A DNA stretch of 59,965 nt from a bacterium (GCA_040756235.1 JBFLZG010000029.1:1-59965), one strand, 5' to 3'; positions 1 to 9,637 are shown, numbered from the stretch's first letter. Numbers and translations are program-made. Notes: generated by a model from the letters alone, not told the origin.

Positions 1-104
1 TGCGGCGTACTGAAATGTACGCCTCATTCCTCGGGATTTCGCGCGCCTGGCATCTGGGCATTTTTGAACAGGCTCCCGAACCAGAGCTTGTGGGACAAGC
101 TCTA
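1..104. mobile_element. MITE family A, partial copy (left part beyond window edge)
   Basis: Aligns by eye with the right two-thirds of the copies at 20435-20589 and 34568-34722 (GGCGTAC..GTACGCC hairpin, GGGCATTTTTGAACAG, end TGGGACAAGCTCTAG). Confidence 0.8.
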
Positions 105-280
105 GGATAATGCACAAGCTCTGCGGCCCGCAACCCGGAACCCGGCAGGCCCGGCTGCAGGGTGGTCTTCTGCGCGGTACCGGAGCCGCTCGGAGCTTGT
201 CTTCCGCAAGGATGAGCTGATAAAAGAGGCCTTCATGCGGCGCGGCGCGGGTCTGTAATGCAAACGTGCGGGAGGTCTCC

Positions 281-1954
281 ATGAGCTATGACTCGAAACC
301 CTGGTTGAAGTCGTACGATGCAGGCGTGGAGCCGGAGATGGCCCTGCCGGGCGGCTCCCTCGCGGAACGCTTTCTCCAAGTCTTCAGGGAGTCTCCGGGT
401 CGGCCGGCCGCACGCTACATGGGGTCGACGATGACCTTCGGCGACCTCCTGGAGATGTCGGGCCGCTTCGCCAGGGGCTTGCAGGAGATCGGGCTGCGCA
501 AGGGGGACGTGGTCACCGTCCAGCTCCCCAATATGCCTCAGTATCTGGTCGCCGTCGTGGGAACGCTGAGGGCCGGCTGCATCCTGTCCGGGCTTTCGCC
601 TTTGCTCACCCCCGACGAAATGAGTTTCCAGCTGAACGACTGCGCATCCAAGGCGCTCGTCACGCTGGACCTGCTCTACGAAGCCAAGTTCGCACGCGTC
701 GCGGGCTCCGTGCCTTCCCTGCGCACCGTGCTGGTGGCGGGTTTTCTGGAAACGGTGCGGGGAGGGGCTGCTGTTCCCGACCGGCCGGCCCTGCCGGACA
801 AGACGGTGGAAGCCTTCATGAATTTCGTCGATCGCCATGCGGCCGAGCCGTACGAGGCCGCGTGCGCGTCGGGCGACACTTGCTTCCTCCAGTACACCGG
901 CGGCACCACGGGCACGGCCAAAGGCGCCATGCTGACCCACGGCAACATCCTGGCCAACATGGGCCAGTTTGATCAGTGGATGAAGTTCGGGCACGACGCG
1001 GAGACCCTCCTGACAGGGTTCCCCATGTTCCATCAGGCGGGGCTGTTCATCGCCTCCAGCGCGCTCGCCTTCGGCATGCCCCAGGTCCTGATACCCGATC
1101 CCCGGAACGTGGAGCACATCGTCCGGGAGCTCCGCGAGAGCGGCCCGAGCTTCGTGGGCAACGTTCCCTCCCTCTATCTGATGCTCCTGGGAAACGAGGA
1201 CTTCCGCAAGCTGGACTTCTCCGGGGTCAAGTACTGCATGTCCGGAGCGGCTGCGTTCCCGGTCGACAAAGTGAGGCTCCTGGAGAGCGTGGTGGGCGCC
1301 GGCAAGATGCTCGAGGTCTGGGGCATGACCGAGACGAGCCCTCTCATCACCGCCAACCCGGCCCGAGGCAGGAAGAAGGCCGGCTCGGTGGGGCTGCCGC
1401 TGCCCGCCACCCGGTTCCGGATCGTGGACCTCGCCCACGGCTGCACCGAGGTGCCCGTGGGCGAGGAAGGCGAGCTCATCTGCAGCGGCGCTCAGGTCAT
1501 GCGGGGCTACTGGAACAGGCCTGCGGAAACGAGAAACGCCTTGCGGGAGCACGACGGCGCCGTCTGGATGCACACGGGCGACGTGGGGCGGATGGACGAG
1601 GACGGCTACGTGTACGTGGTCGACCGGGCCAAGGACATGATCATCGTGGGCGGCTACAAGGTCTTCAGCTCCGAAGTGGAAGACAAGTTCTACAAGCACC
1701 CGGCCGTGGGCCTGTGCGCCCTGATCGGTCTGCCCAACCCCGAGCGGCCGGACAGCGAGGTCGTCAAGCTCGTCGTCCAGAAGAGCCCGGCCTGCCGGGA
1801 GGCGCCGGACGGCGAGGTCGAGGCCGACCTGCGCGCTTTTGCACGGGAGAAGCTCGCCCCCTACAAGGCGCCCAAGATCTATGAGTTCGTCGACGCGATC
1901 CCGCTCACCTCGGTCGGCAAGGTGAACAAGAAGGCGTTGCGGGGCAGGGCCTAG
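281..1954 (+). CDS. Long-chain fatty acid--CoA ligase (AMP-binding family)
   Basis: YTGGTTGTAKG loop, WGMTE, HTGDVG, DRAKD, terminal GKVNKK; ATG 281 follows GGAGG. Confidence 0.92.
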   Translation: MSYDSKPWLKSYDAGVEPEMALPGGSLAERFLQVFRESPGRPAARYMGSTMTFGDLLEMSGRFARGLQEIGLRKGDVVTVQLPNMPQYLVAVVGTLRAGCILSGLSPLLTPDEMSFQLNDCASKALVTLDLLYEAKFARVAGSVPSLRTVLVAGFLETVRGGAAVPDRPALPDKTVEAFMNFVDRHAAEPYEAACASGDTCFLQYTGGTTGTAKGAMLTHGNILANMGQFDQWMKFGHDAETLLTGFPMFHQAGLFIASSALAFGMPQVLIPDPRNVEHIVRELRESGPSFVGNVPSLYLMLLGNEDFRKLDFSGVKYCMSGAAAFPVDKVRLLESVVGAGKMLEVWGMTETSPLITANPARGRKKAGSVGLPLPATRFRIVDLAHGCTEVPVGEEGELICSGAQVMRGYWNRPAETRNALREHDGAVWMHTGDVGRMDEDGYVYVVDRAKDMIIVGGYKVFSSEVEDKFYKHPAVGLCALIGLPNPERPDSEVVKLVVQKSPACREAPDGEVEADLRAFAREKLAPYKAPKIYEFVDAIPLTSVGKVNKKALRGRA

Positions 1955-1972
1955 GGGTCCATGAATGAAAGA

Positions 1973-2003
1973 AGGGCCGGCGCCCTGTGCGGGCGCCGGC
2001 CCT
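1973..2003 (-). terminator. Intrinsic terminator-like hairpin between convergent genes
   Basis: Perfect 13-bp stem AGGGCCGGCGCCC / GGGCGCCGGCCCT with 5-nt loop, followed on the minus strand by TCTTTCATT. Confidence 0.65.
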
Positions 2004-2061
2004 CGGATAGGCGGGATCGAAAGGAAGGAGCCGCGCCCCGGGGGGGCGCCGCTCGCCGGAT

Positions 2062-3015
2062 CTACTCGGCTTCGTCGGCCGAGCCCATCATGCAGCCGCC
2101 GCCGCCGCACTCCGCGCTGCAGCTGAAGTCCGCTGCGGATGTCGTCGAGTAGGCGATGATCTTGGAATTAAAACGCGAGCCGCTGATGCAGGCCGTGGTG
2201 AGATCCAAGGGAAGGGTCTGGTTGTTGGCGCAGGAGACCATGAAGTAGGTCGCGTTGGCAGGCGCCTGGGCCATGAGCGCCTGAACTCCGGGGACGTCGT
2301 AGCCGCATGCGCCGCTCGTGACCGCGGCGCCCATCTGGTACACCCGCCCCGTCATCGCGACATTGGGCACCCTGCCTCCGGCGACGAGGCAGGCCGCCAC
2401 TTTGATGGTCACGTCAAGAGTCGAGTTGAAGGCGCCCAGGCCGCAGGGAGTGCCCGTGTCGTCCCCGGGAGTGTCCAGCGTCAGGCAGCCTCCCGAGAGC
2501 CCCGGAACGCTCTCGGTCGTCCCGATCTTGAGCACACTGTAGGAGAAGCCGCTCCCGCTGTTGCAGATCGTCATCGTGCCGTTGCCGTTCAGGTTGGTGC
2601 CGATTCCGAGGTAGGTAAAGGTCGGGTCCTCGCAAGAGACGCAGCCGAGGATGGCGCCGGCTCCGCAGTCGGTCACAGGACTTCCCGTGTCGGTGCACTC
2701 CTGCCCTGCGTTGGCTCCGTCCGCGCAGGAATAATCCTGGGTGAGAAGGTCCATCTTCACGAAGCTGTAGGACCCGGTCGTCGGCGCCCCGGAGGCCGCG
2801 CAGTTCGCCCCAGCCGTAAAGTTGCATTTGTTGGTCTCGGTGTTATCACTGATGAGCGTGTCATCGCCTGTGCCGATGCGCAGGTCCGCGCCAGGCCCAT
2901 GGCCTGTGACGCTCGTGTCCTCGAGGATCGTCCACAGGACGTTCCCTGCGCTCGCCATGCCGGCCATTCCGAACACCAGTGCCACCGCACATAAAACCGC
3001 AAGTACGTTCTTCAT
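2062..3015 (-). CDS. Exported cysteine-rich hypothetical protein
   Basis: Sec signal peptide (MKNVLAVLCAVALVFGMAGMASA), GGAGG upstream, 18 Cys, Gly/Thr/Ser rich; no family recognised. Confidence 0.8.
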   Translation of the reverse strand: MKNVLAVLCAVALVFGMAGMASAGNVLWTILEDTSVTGHGPGADLRIGTGDDTLISDNTETNKCNFTAGANCAASGAPTTGSYSFVKMDLLTQDYSCADGANAGQECTDTGSPVTDCGAGAILGCVSCEDPTFTYLGIGTNLNGNGTMTICNSGSGFSYSVLKIGTTESVPGLSGGCLTLDTPGDDTGTPCGLGAFNSTLDVTIKVAACLVAGGRVPNVAMTGRVYQMGAAVTSGACGYDVPGVQALMAQAPANATYFMVSCANNQTLPLDLTTACISGSRFNSKIIAYSTTSAADFSCSAECGGGGCMMGSADEAE

Positions 3016-3427
3016 TGCTCCACCTCCATGCGTCAGGTTTTAGAGATGCCTTCACAAACGTGGCTGCCTCTCTTCAATCACCTCCTTTCTGGGCTTCAGA
3101 GGCACTGAGTTGATTCGACAGCAGGAGGCCCGGGACATCTTCCCCGGCGGTGCCCCACCGAAAAAGACCGCAAGTTTTGCCTATGAATAGAACAACGTTC
3201 AACCAACGAGCGTCAATGTGCTATAAAAATAGTGAGGTTCTTGCCGGCATGTCAAGAGAAATTTTTCTATGGCGTTGAAGTTTGTTCTATTGTCGGAGTC
3301 GGCGCGCGGCCGCATCGGGCTCTTGTGCCGATCCCGCTCGATGCTGTACAAGGCCGTTAACCGAGGCGCCGAGCCGGGCGAGCCCGGGAAGAAGATGACC
3401 CCTGGAATGTGTCGCGACGGTCGCCGG

Positions 3428-4951
3428 ATGGACCTGAGGAGCGCTCTGGCAAGGGCCCTCCTGACCGTCCTGGTCTGCGTTGGCCTGTACGCGGCCTGCG
3501 GTTACGGCCTGGTGCGCTTGCACGCGCAAGGGTTGGCAGCGGCGGCTGGGTTGCTCCGTGACCACCAGATGCAGTGCGCGGCCGTGCCGGGAGACCCGTA
3601 TCTGGTAGGGATTTCGCATCAGCTCGGTGGCGCCCTCTTGTTCGGCGTGATGCTGGGAACGGCGGTCGCCCTGGTCCTTTGCGCCGTGCTCTTCCCGGCC
3701 CGGCTCCTGGGATGCCGGGGCAGGGCCATGGGGGTCGTGCTGGCGGGCGGCTCGATGGCGGCCGCCCTTTTCCTTTCCTTCAGCTTCGAGATGCCGGCCG
3801 CCTCGGTTGTTTCCGGCCTGGCGGCGGCTTCCTTCACGTGGTGGCTCTCGGGTCGACGTGTCTCGGAGCGTGCCGGGCAAGAACGAGGGAGCGCTCTGCG
3901 CACCGTCCTCTTCGCCCTGGTTCTTCTCCTGCCGCTTGCCCCGCTCCGGAACGCATCCTTCCAGCGCATCCGGGACGCCATGATGGATCTGCCCGTGGCC
4001 CGGGGAATCTGCGACTTCTACTACAACCACACGCTCATTCCGGCGCATGCGGTGCAGCCTTTGCTCTACCGGACACAGAGGGTCATCGCCTTTTCGGCAG
4101 GCATGGAAATCCCGGAGCCCCTTCCCGACCGGAGCCTGTGGCTGGAAGCGGCCGACCCCTGCGCGGTCCAAGGTGCGTCTGTCGTGGTGAGCCGGGAAAC
4201 CCTGGAGTGCGATTCCCTGGTCCTGCCGGGCGGTGGCGCCCCGGTCAGGGGGACCGAGGTCCTGTTGCAGGCGAGCAGGCGGTTCGACGGGAACAAGGCG
4301 CTCCGAAGGGGAATCCGATTGTTCATGCACGGGGCGCTCCCTGCGTTGGTCATCCTGCTCGCTCTCTGGCTTGCGACGCTCATGGAAAAGCTCTCCCGTC
4401 GCCACATGGGAGCGGTCCTCCTGCTCGCGGCTGGCGGCCTCGCGCTTGCGGGACGCGGGTTCCAGCGCGAATGCTTGGAGCGTGCGCTGCTCGAGAATCC
4501 GGCCAGGGGGCGGGAATACGTGGCCTCAGGGAGCGCCCTAAAGCGCTACCTGGTGCTGAGCCGCCTGCCCGAGCTCCTTAAGCCCGAGCAATTGGAGTCA
4601 TTGGCGCGAGATGCGAGCGCGCGCGTGCGCCATGCCGCGCTGCTTCGCATGGGGGAGTGGAGGGATGCCAGGTTCCTGCCTGCGCTCGAGGAGGCGCTCG
4701 CGGACCCTGTGCAGGTCGTCCGGACCAAGGCCTGCCTCGGGCTGGGCGAGATCGGGGGCGAGGAAGGAATCCGCATGCTGGAGGACGTCTTGGCCCGTGA
4801 CCCCTCGTGGTACGTGAGAGACTACGCCTGTCGGGCGATCGGCAACATCCGGCCGGTCTCCAAGATCGTGAAGATGCGGCCGGCGGGATGCGGTGCACCG
4901 CCTGCACCCGGTCTCATGGAAGAACCTGGACTCCGGCCTTCGCCGGAATGA
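3428..4951 (+). CDS. Multi-pass membrane protein with C-terminal HEAT/PBS-lyase repeats
   Basis: Several hydrophobic helices; repeats DASARVRHAAL, DPVQVVRTKAC, DPSWYVRDYAC; start uncertain (ORF open from 3269). Confidence 0.75.
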   Translation: MDLRSALARALLTVLVCVGLYAACGYGLVRLHAQGLAAAAGLLRDHQMQCAAVPGDPYLVGISHQLGGALLFGVMLGTAVALVLCAVLFPARLLGCRGRAMGVVLAGGSMAAALFLSFSFEMPAASVVSGLAAASFTWWLSGRRVSERAGQERGSALRTVLFALVLLLPLAPLRNASFQRIRDAMMDLPVARGICDFYYNHTLIPAHAVQPLLYRTQRVIAFSAGMEIPEPLPDRSLWLEAADPCAVQGASVVVSRETLECDSLVLPGGGAPVRGTEVLLQASRRFDGNKALRRGIRLFMHGALPALVILLALWLATLMEKLSRRHMGAVLLLAAGGLALAGRGFQRECLERALLENPARGREYVASGSALKRYLVLSRLPELLKPEQLESLARDASARVRHAALLRMGEWRDARFLPALEEALADPVQVVRTKACLGLGEIGGEEGIRMLEDVLARDPSWYVRDYACRAIGNIRPVSKIVKMRPAGCGAPPAPGLMEEPGLRPSPE

Positions 4952-4952
4952 C
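4926..4952. repeat. REP-like palindrome, GTCATTCCGGC-GNAG-GCCGGAATCCAG family (reverse orientation, empty site)
   Basis: CTGGACTCCGGCCTTCGCCGGAATGAC; same unit at 39115-39141, 41319-41345, 54681-54707, 59781-59807. Confidence 0.8.
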
Positions 4953-4973
4953 GGAAAAAGAGAGAGGTCCCGA

Positions 4974-5888
4974 CTATTGCGGCGGCTGGTCCTGCATTTC
5001 CTTGCACGCAGCGCCGACCCCGAGGGAGCATGCGATGAGAAAGTCGGGGGTCGCCTGCTCGCGGCCCCAGACCTGGAGGCTTGTCAGCGCGCGGCTGTAG
5101 TAGGCCAGGCCGGCTTTCGGGCTCAGCTCGATGGTCTTGTCGAAATCCGAGAGCGCCTGTTCGTGCTGTTCCCTTTCGAGATGGATCAGGCCCCGGCTGT
5201 AATAGGCCGTGGCAAGCTGCGGATCCAGCTCGATCGCCTGGTCGAGGTCGTGCATCGCTTCGTCCAGCTGCTTCTTCCTGCCGTAAGCTGCACCCCGGTT
5301 GTTGTAAGCCTTGGCGTAGGCGGGATCCAGCTCGATGGCCTTGCTGCAATCCCGGATGGCCTCGTCTAATTTGTCCTTCTGCAGGTAAGCATGCCCGCGG
5401 TTGCTGTAAGCCTTGGCCGAGGCGGAGTCGAGCTCAAGGGCACTCGTATAGTCCTGGATGGCCCGATCGTAGTCCTGCTCTCTGCCGTAGGCGGTCCCGC
5501 GATTGAAGTAGGCGATGGCGTAGTTCGGGTCGATCTCGATGGCGCGGGTGTAGTCCTGGATCTCCCGGTCGTAATCCTCTGTCTTGCCGTAGGCGACCCC
5601 GCGGTCCTTGTAGGCTTCCGCGCAACTCGGATCCATTTCGATGGCCCGGCTGAAATCCCGGATGGCCTGGTCGTTGTCCCCTCTTTCTCTGTAGGCGAGG
5701 GCGCGGCCGAGGTAGGCTCGCGCAAGCTCGGGTGGAAATCGGATGGCCTTGGTGTATGCCTGGACCGCCTGGTCGTACTCCCGCTCGGCGAGATGCCGGT
5801 GGCCCTGTGCGTAGAGGGAATAGAGATAGCCTCCATACCCCATGAGGCCAGCGAGAACCACCAGGGCCGATAGCCAGATCTTCTTCAT
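4974..5888 (-). CDS. Tetratricopeptide repeat protein with N-terminal membrane anchor/signal
   Basis: About 7 tandem 34-aa AYxNRGxAY...AIxDYxxAIELDP units; start MKKIWLS after GAGGAG. Confidence 0.9.
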   Translation of the reverse strand: MKKIWLSALVVLAGLMGYGGYLYSLYAQGHRHLAEREYDQAVQAYTKAIRFPPELARAYLGRALAYRERGDNDQAIRDFSRAIEMDPSCAEAYKDRGVAYGKTEDYDREIQDYTRAIEIDPNYAIAYFNRGTAYGREQDYDRAIQDYTSALELDSASAKAYSNRGHAYLQKDKLDEAIRDCSKAIELDPAYAKAYNNRGAAYGRKKQLDEAMHDLDQAIELDPQLATAYYSRGLIHLEREQHEQALSDFDKTIELSPKAGLAYYSRALTSLQVWGREQATPDFLIACSLGVGAACKEMQDQPPQ

Positions 5889-5934
5889 CGTCCCTCTCCT
5901 CGAATGTCTTGCACCCTTGCGCTTCGGTGCGGGC

Positions 5935-6672
5935 TCAACTCGTCCCCGCACCCAGACGGATGACCAGGGCGAACCAGGCGTGCGCGACCGCGCCATAGAT
6001 GAAAGAGTTCACCAGGTAGGCGTAGAATCCGAATAGAAGCCCGAACAGCACGGACCCGTAGAGCTCGAAAGGAGGCTTGCCGAGATGGAGAAGGACGAAG
6101 GGAAGAAGCTGAATGTAGACTGCGTAGACTCCTACGTACTTCTTCAGCCCGAGCATCAGAAAGCCGCGGTTCATGAACTCCCACCCCGTCATAGAGAGCA
6201 GATAGGTGAGGAAGAGCAAGAACGAGCCCGCGGGCCCGTCGGGGGCCGGACCGTAAAAAGCCCGGAAGGAGCCGGTCTTGCCAACCAGCAGCCCCACCGC
6301 CGTGAAAAAGACCAGAAACAGGAGAAAGATCGGAACGGCCAGCCGCATCTTGCCGAGCGACAGACCGTAATGCTTCGGGTTCTCCCTGGCCAGGACGAGA
6401 AAGAGCAGCGGCAGCACGAAGAGAGTGAGAAGGAGGTAGAGAGAATCCGTTCCGATGTGCAACCACCGGCCTGCCGGCTGGAGAAGCGGCTGGGCGAGGC
6501 CGGCGAGCCTCTTGTCCCTGCATAGAACCAGACAGAGGGTGGCCGTCAAGAAGATCCCGACGGGCAGGGCAGGGGACCTCAGCTGCCGCATCTCCTCCAC
6601 GAGCCGCTGCAGCCAGCTCCTCCGAGGTCCCGGAGAGGATCTGCGCTGAAGAGGTGCTCTTGCGCTTCGCAT
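5935..6672 (-). CDS. CPBP (Abi/CAAX-type) intramembrane glutamic endopeptidase
   Basis: Multi-TM; motifs WEFMNRG, FVLLHLGKP, late HAW; start uncertain. Confidence 0.78.
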   Translation of the reverse strand: MRSARAPLQRRSSPGPRRSWLQRLVEEMRQLRSPALPVGIFLTATLCLVLCRDKRLAGLAQPLLQPAGRWLHIGTDSLYLLLTLFVLPLLFLVLARENPKHYGLSLGKMRLAVPIFLLFLVFFTAVGLLVGKTGSFRAFYGPAPDGPAGSFLLFLTYLLSMTGWEFMNRGFLMLGLKKYVGVYAVYIQLLPFVLLHLGKPPFELYGSVLFGLLFGFYAYLVNSFIYGAVAHAWFALVIRLGAGTS

Positions 6673-6775
6673 GCAGGCGCCTGTCCTCTTTACGATCGGG
6701 TCCGTGCGGCCGCCGCACGGTCCTGGAACGGCACGTGCCGGTTTCCCGAATAGCCGTTGCCATTCAGAAAAGCAA

Positions 6776-6803
6776 GTAGGGGCGACCGGCCGGTCGCCCC
6801 TAC
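6776..6803. repeat. GTAG-type REP, perfect 28-bp palindrome
   Basis: GTAGGGGCGACCGGCCGGTCGCCCCTAC; near-identical copy at 22443-22466. Confidence 0.85.
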
Positions 6804-6908
6804 GTCGCTGATCCATACGCGTGCACGAGAAATCCGGTGGACAAGAGCCCGCCGGATGTACTACTTTCGTTTTACATAGACTAAACATCCCCGCGGAGCT
6901 GACTTTCC

Positions 6909-8153
6909 ATGGCCGTCATCGCACCTGCCGTAGCGGCGTCGCGCCTTCCCGCTTGCCTGGTTGCGTGTTGCACTTTCTTCTTGCTCGCAGGAGCCTGCAT
7001 GCCTCCCGAGCCTTCTTACCCGGGATACGGATACCGCATCGTTGCACCCGGATCCCTCCTCCCGGCCGTGGAAGCGCTCGCCGCCTGGAAGGAATCGCAA
7101 GGCTTGCGTGTCGACCGGGTTTCCCTGGAGGAGATCCTGGAGGAAGGCCCGGGCAGGGACGACCCGGAGAAGTTGAGAAACGCTCTGATCGGATTCTCGG
7201 CTCTGACACCCGAACGGGAGTTCGTCCTGCTCGTCGGCTCCATGAGCACGACTCCCATGAGGGTCGCTTACCCGGACCCGTTCGACCACGGCGCTTCCGC
7301 CAGCGTGCCGACGGATTTTTACTATGAAGACCTGACGGGCGAGTGGGACGCAGACGGTGACGGGTTCCATGGCGAATACGGCGACGATATGAGCCAGGCT
7401 TCCGAAGACTACCGAGCCGAGCTGTGCGTGGGGCGGATTCCGTGGGACGATCCGGGTCAGGTGCAGGCGATCTGTGAGCGGATCGTCGACTACGAACAAG
7501 GATCGGGTCCGGAGGCCGCACGGGCAATGACGGCCGGCGCGACGATCGAGACTGCGTGCGATTCAGCCATTGCCCTCAATGCCGCCGAGAGCCTCATCCT
7601 GGGGCCTGCCGGGTACGAGGTGGTGTCTCTGTACGAGGAGTGCCCGCGCGCGAGACCCGATCTCGCGCTCACCGGCGAGGATTTCGTCCGGCAGTGGGAA
7701 ACCTGGGGGCCGACCTTCGTCTTCATGCTCTCCCACGGCTCACCCTACGGTGCCGGCTCTCGAGAGCAGGGCACTTACTTCATCGACGTGGATCACCTGC
7801 CCCGGGGTGCAAGCCCGGCCGTGGCGGTCTCTTCCGGCTGCTCGGTAGGCTCTCCGGATTCCTCTTTCCCGAGCCTGGGGCGCGTGCTCCTGAGCGAAGG
7901 CGTCTGCGCATCCTTTCTGGGCGCGAGCCGCATCACCTGGTACGGAGCGGACCCTTCCCCCGTCCTTCTGGGAGCCTACGTTTCGGCAACCACACTGGTC
8001 ACGGAGCGACGTGCCCTGGGCGAGGCGAAGCTGGCCTTCATCGAGTCGTACGCAGGCATCGAGCGAGCGCCGGTCAACCTGTCCGGTCCCCGGTTCCATC
8101 AGAATCTGTTCCTCCACATGCTGTATGGGGATCCTTCCCTCCAGCTTCGATAG
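6909..8153 (+). CDS. Peptidase C25 (gingipain-like) cysteine protease, probable lipoprotein
   Basis: FVLLVG, PTDFYY.DL, VGRIP, catalytic-type SHG and SGC, terminal LYGDPSL; lipobox LLAGAC. Confidence 0.82.
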   Translation: MAVIAPAVAASRLPACLVACCTFFLLAGACMPPEPSYPGYGYRIVAPGSLLPAVEALAAWKESQGLRVDRVSLEEILEEGPGRDDPEKLRNALIGFSALTPEREFVLLVGSMSTTPMRVAYPDPFDHGASASVPTDFYYEDLTGEWDADGDGFHGEYGDDMSQASEDYRAELCVGRIPWDDPGQVQAICERIVDYEQGSGPEAARAMTAGATIETACDSAIALNAAESLILGPAGYEVVSLYEECPRARPDLALTGEDFVRQWETWGPTFVFMLSHGSPYGAGSREQGTYFIDVDHLPRGASPAVAVSSGCSVGSPDSSFPSLGRVLLSEGVCASFLGASRITWYGADPSPVLLGAYVSATTLVTERRALGEAKLAFIESYAGIERAPVNLSGPRFHQNLFLHMLYGDPSLQLR

Positions 8154-8302
8154 AGGCTGTGCCTGAACGCCCGCCTGCGGCGCTCGCCAAGCGCTCTCCT
8201 TCTCACCCGGATTCTTTTCCGCGGGTGGGGACATCGAACTTTGTGACTTTCGCGCTCCGCCGGCCCGGGGAGACCGGCGCGAGCGGAGAAGGAGATACGC
8301 TC

Positions 8303-9496
8303 ATGCGCAGAGGGACTTCGCGATATGTGACAGGCCCTCCGTTGATCGGACTGCTCTTCTTGCTCCTGGCGGGGTGCAGCAGGCCTTCTTCCGAGAGGCC
8401 GCCCCAGGAAGGGCGATCGTTGCAGCCGCTCGAGCCTGCACCGGCTCCTGCCGCCGGCGCTGCCGCCTGTCCCGACTCGTTTGTCCAAATCGCGGAGCAG
8501 GTCCAGACGGCCGTCGTCAACATCAGCACGACCAAGACCATCAAGAGCGTCCTCGGGCGACTTCCCGGCAAGGGGTTTCACCGCGGGGATGCCTACAGAC
8601 ACTTTTTCGGAGAACGGCCGGAACTGGAGCTGAAGACAACGAGCCTGGGCTCCGGTTTCCTGATCGACCGCGACGGATTGATCGTGACGAATCACCACGT
8701 TGTGAGCGGGGCGGAGGAGATCCGGATCACCCTTGCGGACGGCAGGAATTTCAAGGCCGCCGTCGTTGGCGAGGACGTCAGGACGGAGGTTGCGGTCGTT
8801 CGGATCGAAGGCGCCCCGTTGGATTTGCCCTACCTGTCCCTGGGGGACTCCGACGCCGTCCGGGTCGGCCAGTGGGTGCTGGCCGTCGGCAGCCCGTTCG
8901 GGCTCGAGCACACGGTGACCCAGGGGATCATCAGCGCCACCGGCAGGTCGCTCGGTCTTGGCAGCGCCTACGAGGACTTCCTGCAGACCGATGCGCCCAT
9001 CAACCCGGGCAACAGCGGGGGCCCTCTGGTGAACGTCCAGGGCGAAGCCGTGGGGGTCAACACGGCGGTCATCGCCAGAGCCCAAGGCATCGGCTTCGCA
9101 GTCCCGAGCAACACGGTCAAGTACGTGATCCGTGAGATCACGGCAAACGGCAAGGTCGTCCGAGGATGGATCGGGGTGATTGTCGGCAAGGTCACGCCCG
9201 AGAGGGTCGATCCGCAGGAGCCCGCCTCAGGCGTGGCCGTGGAAAAGGTGGTGCAGGGCAGTCCGGCCGAACGGGCGGGGATCCAGGCGGGCGACCTGAT
9301 CGTGGGCTTTGCCGGCAGGCAGATCCAGGACCCTCCGGATCTCGCGCGCAGCGTTGCCGAGACCCGGGTGGGCCAGCAGGTCCGCGTGCGGATTCTGCGG
9401 GACGGTGAGGAGCTGGAGAAAGACTTGTCGGTCAAGGAGATGCCGGCCGACGCGGTGCGCTCGGAGCAGCTCGAAGCTGAAGAGAGCGTGGAGTAG
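8303..9496 (+). CDS. HtrA/DegQ-family serine protease with one PDZ domain, probable lipoprotein
   Basis: SLGSGF, TNHHV, QTDAPINPGNSGGPL, C-terminal PDZ; lipobox LLAGC; ATG after GGAGA. Confidence 0.92.
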   Translation: MRRGTSRYVTGPPLIGLLFLLLAGCSRPSSERPPQEGRSLQPLEPAPAPAAGAAACPDSFVQIAEQVQTAVVNISTTKTIKSVLGRLPGKGFHRGDAYRHFFGERPELELKTTSLGSGFLIDRDGLIVTNHHVVSGAEEIRITLADGRNFKAAVVGEDVRTEVAVVRIEGAPLDLPYLSLGDSDAVRVGQWVLAVGSPFGLEHTVTQGIISATGRSLGLGSAYEDFLQTDAPINPGNSGGPLVNVQGEAVGVNTAVIARAQGIGFAVPSNTVKYVIREITANGKVVRGWIGVIVGKVTPERVDPQEPASGVAVEKVVQGSPAERAGIQAGDLIVGFAGRQIQDPPDLARSVAETRVGQQVRVRILRDGEELEKDLSVKEMPADAVRSEQLEAEESVE

Positions 9497-9637
9497 GGCG
9501 TCAGGCCTCTTGCCCCGGGCTACGAAAAAGGGAATCATGCATGACGGTGTCTTGTTCCGGCCGATGACCGCCAACTGAGAACTACCGACACCGCAGATGG
9601 CCGTTTATCTCCGATCTCAGAACAGGAGGGACAAGCC

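Noticed and set aside
233..2110. 625-aa minus-strand ORF and other long antisense ORFs (e.g. 10660-12375, 13729-16179, 26895-28478, 47551-50541, 50575-52662)
   Set aside because: They shadow well-supported genes on the opposite strand and have no motifs; such ORFs are expected in high-GC DNA.
3077..3090. Match to the 3' end of 16S rRNA
   Set aside because: Only 14 nt with no flanking rRNA sequence; better read as a Shine-Dalgarno-like motif on the minus strand.
4974..5888. Internal DNA repeats of about 102 bp as a possible array or DGR-like repeat
   Set aside because: Fully explained by tandem 34-aa TPR coding units; no reverse transcriptase is present.
7556..8302. N-terminal extension of the DegQ ORF (similarly 13323-13874 for M48 and 15735-15947 for ArnT)
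   Set aside because: These overlap neighbouring genes; better starts with an RBS, lipobox or ATGA coupling lie downstream.
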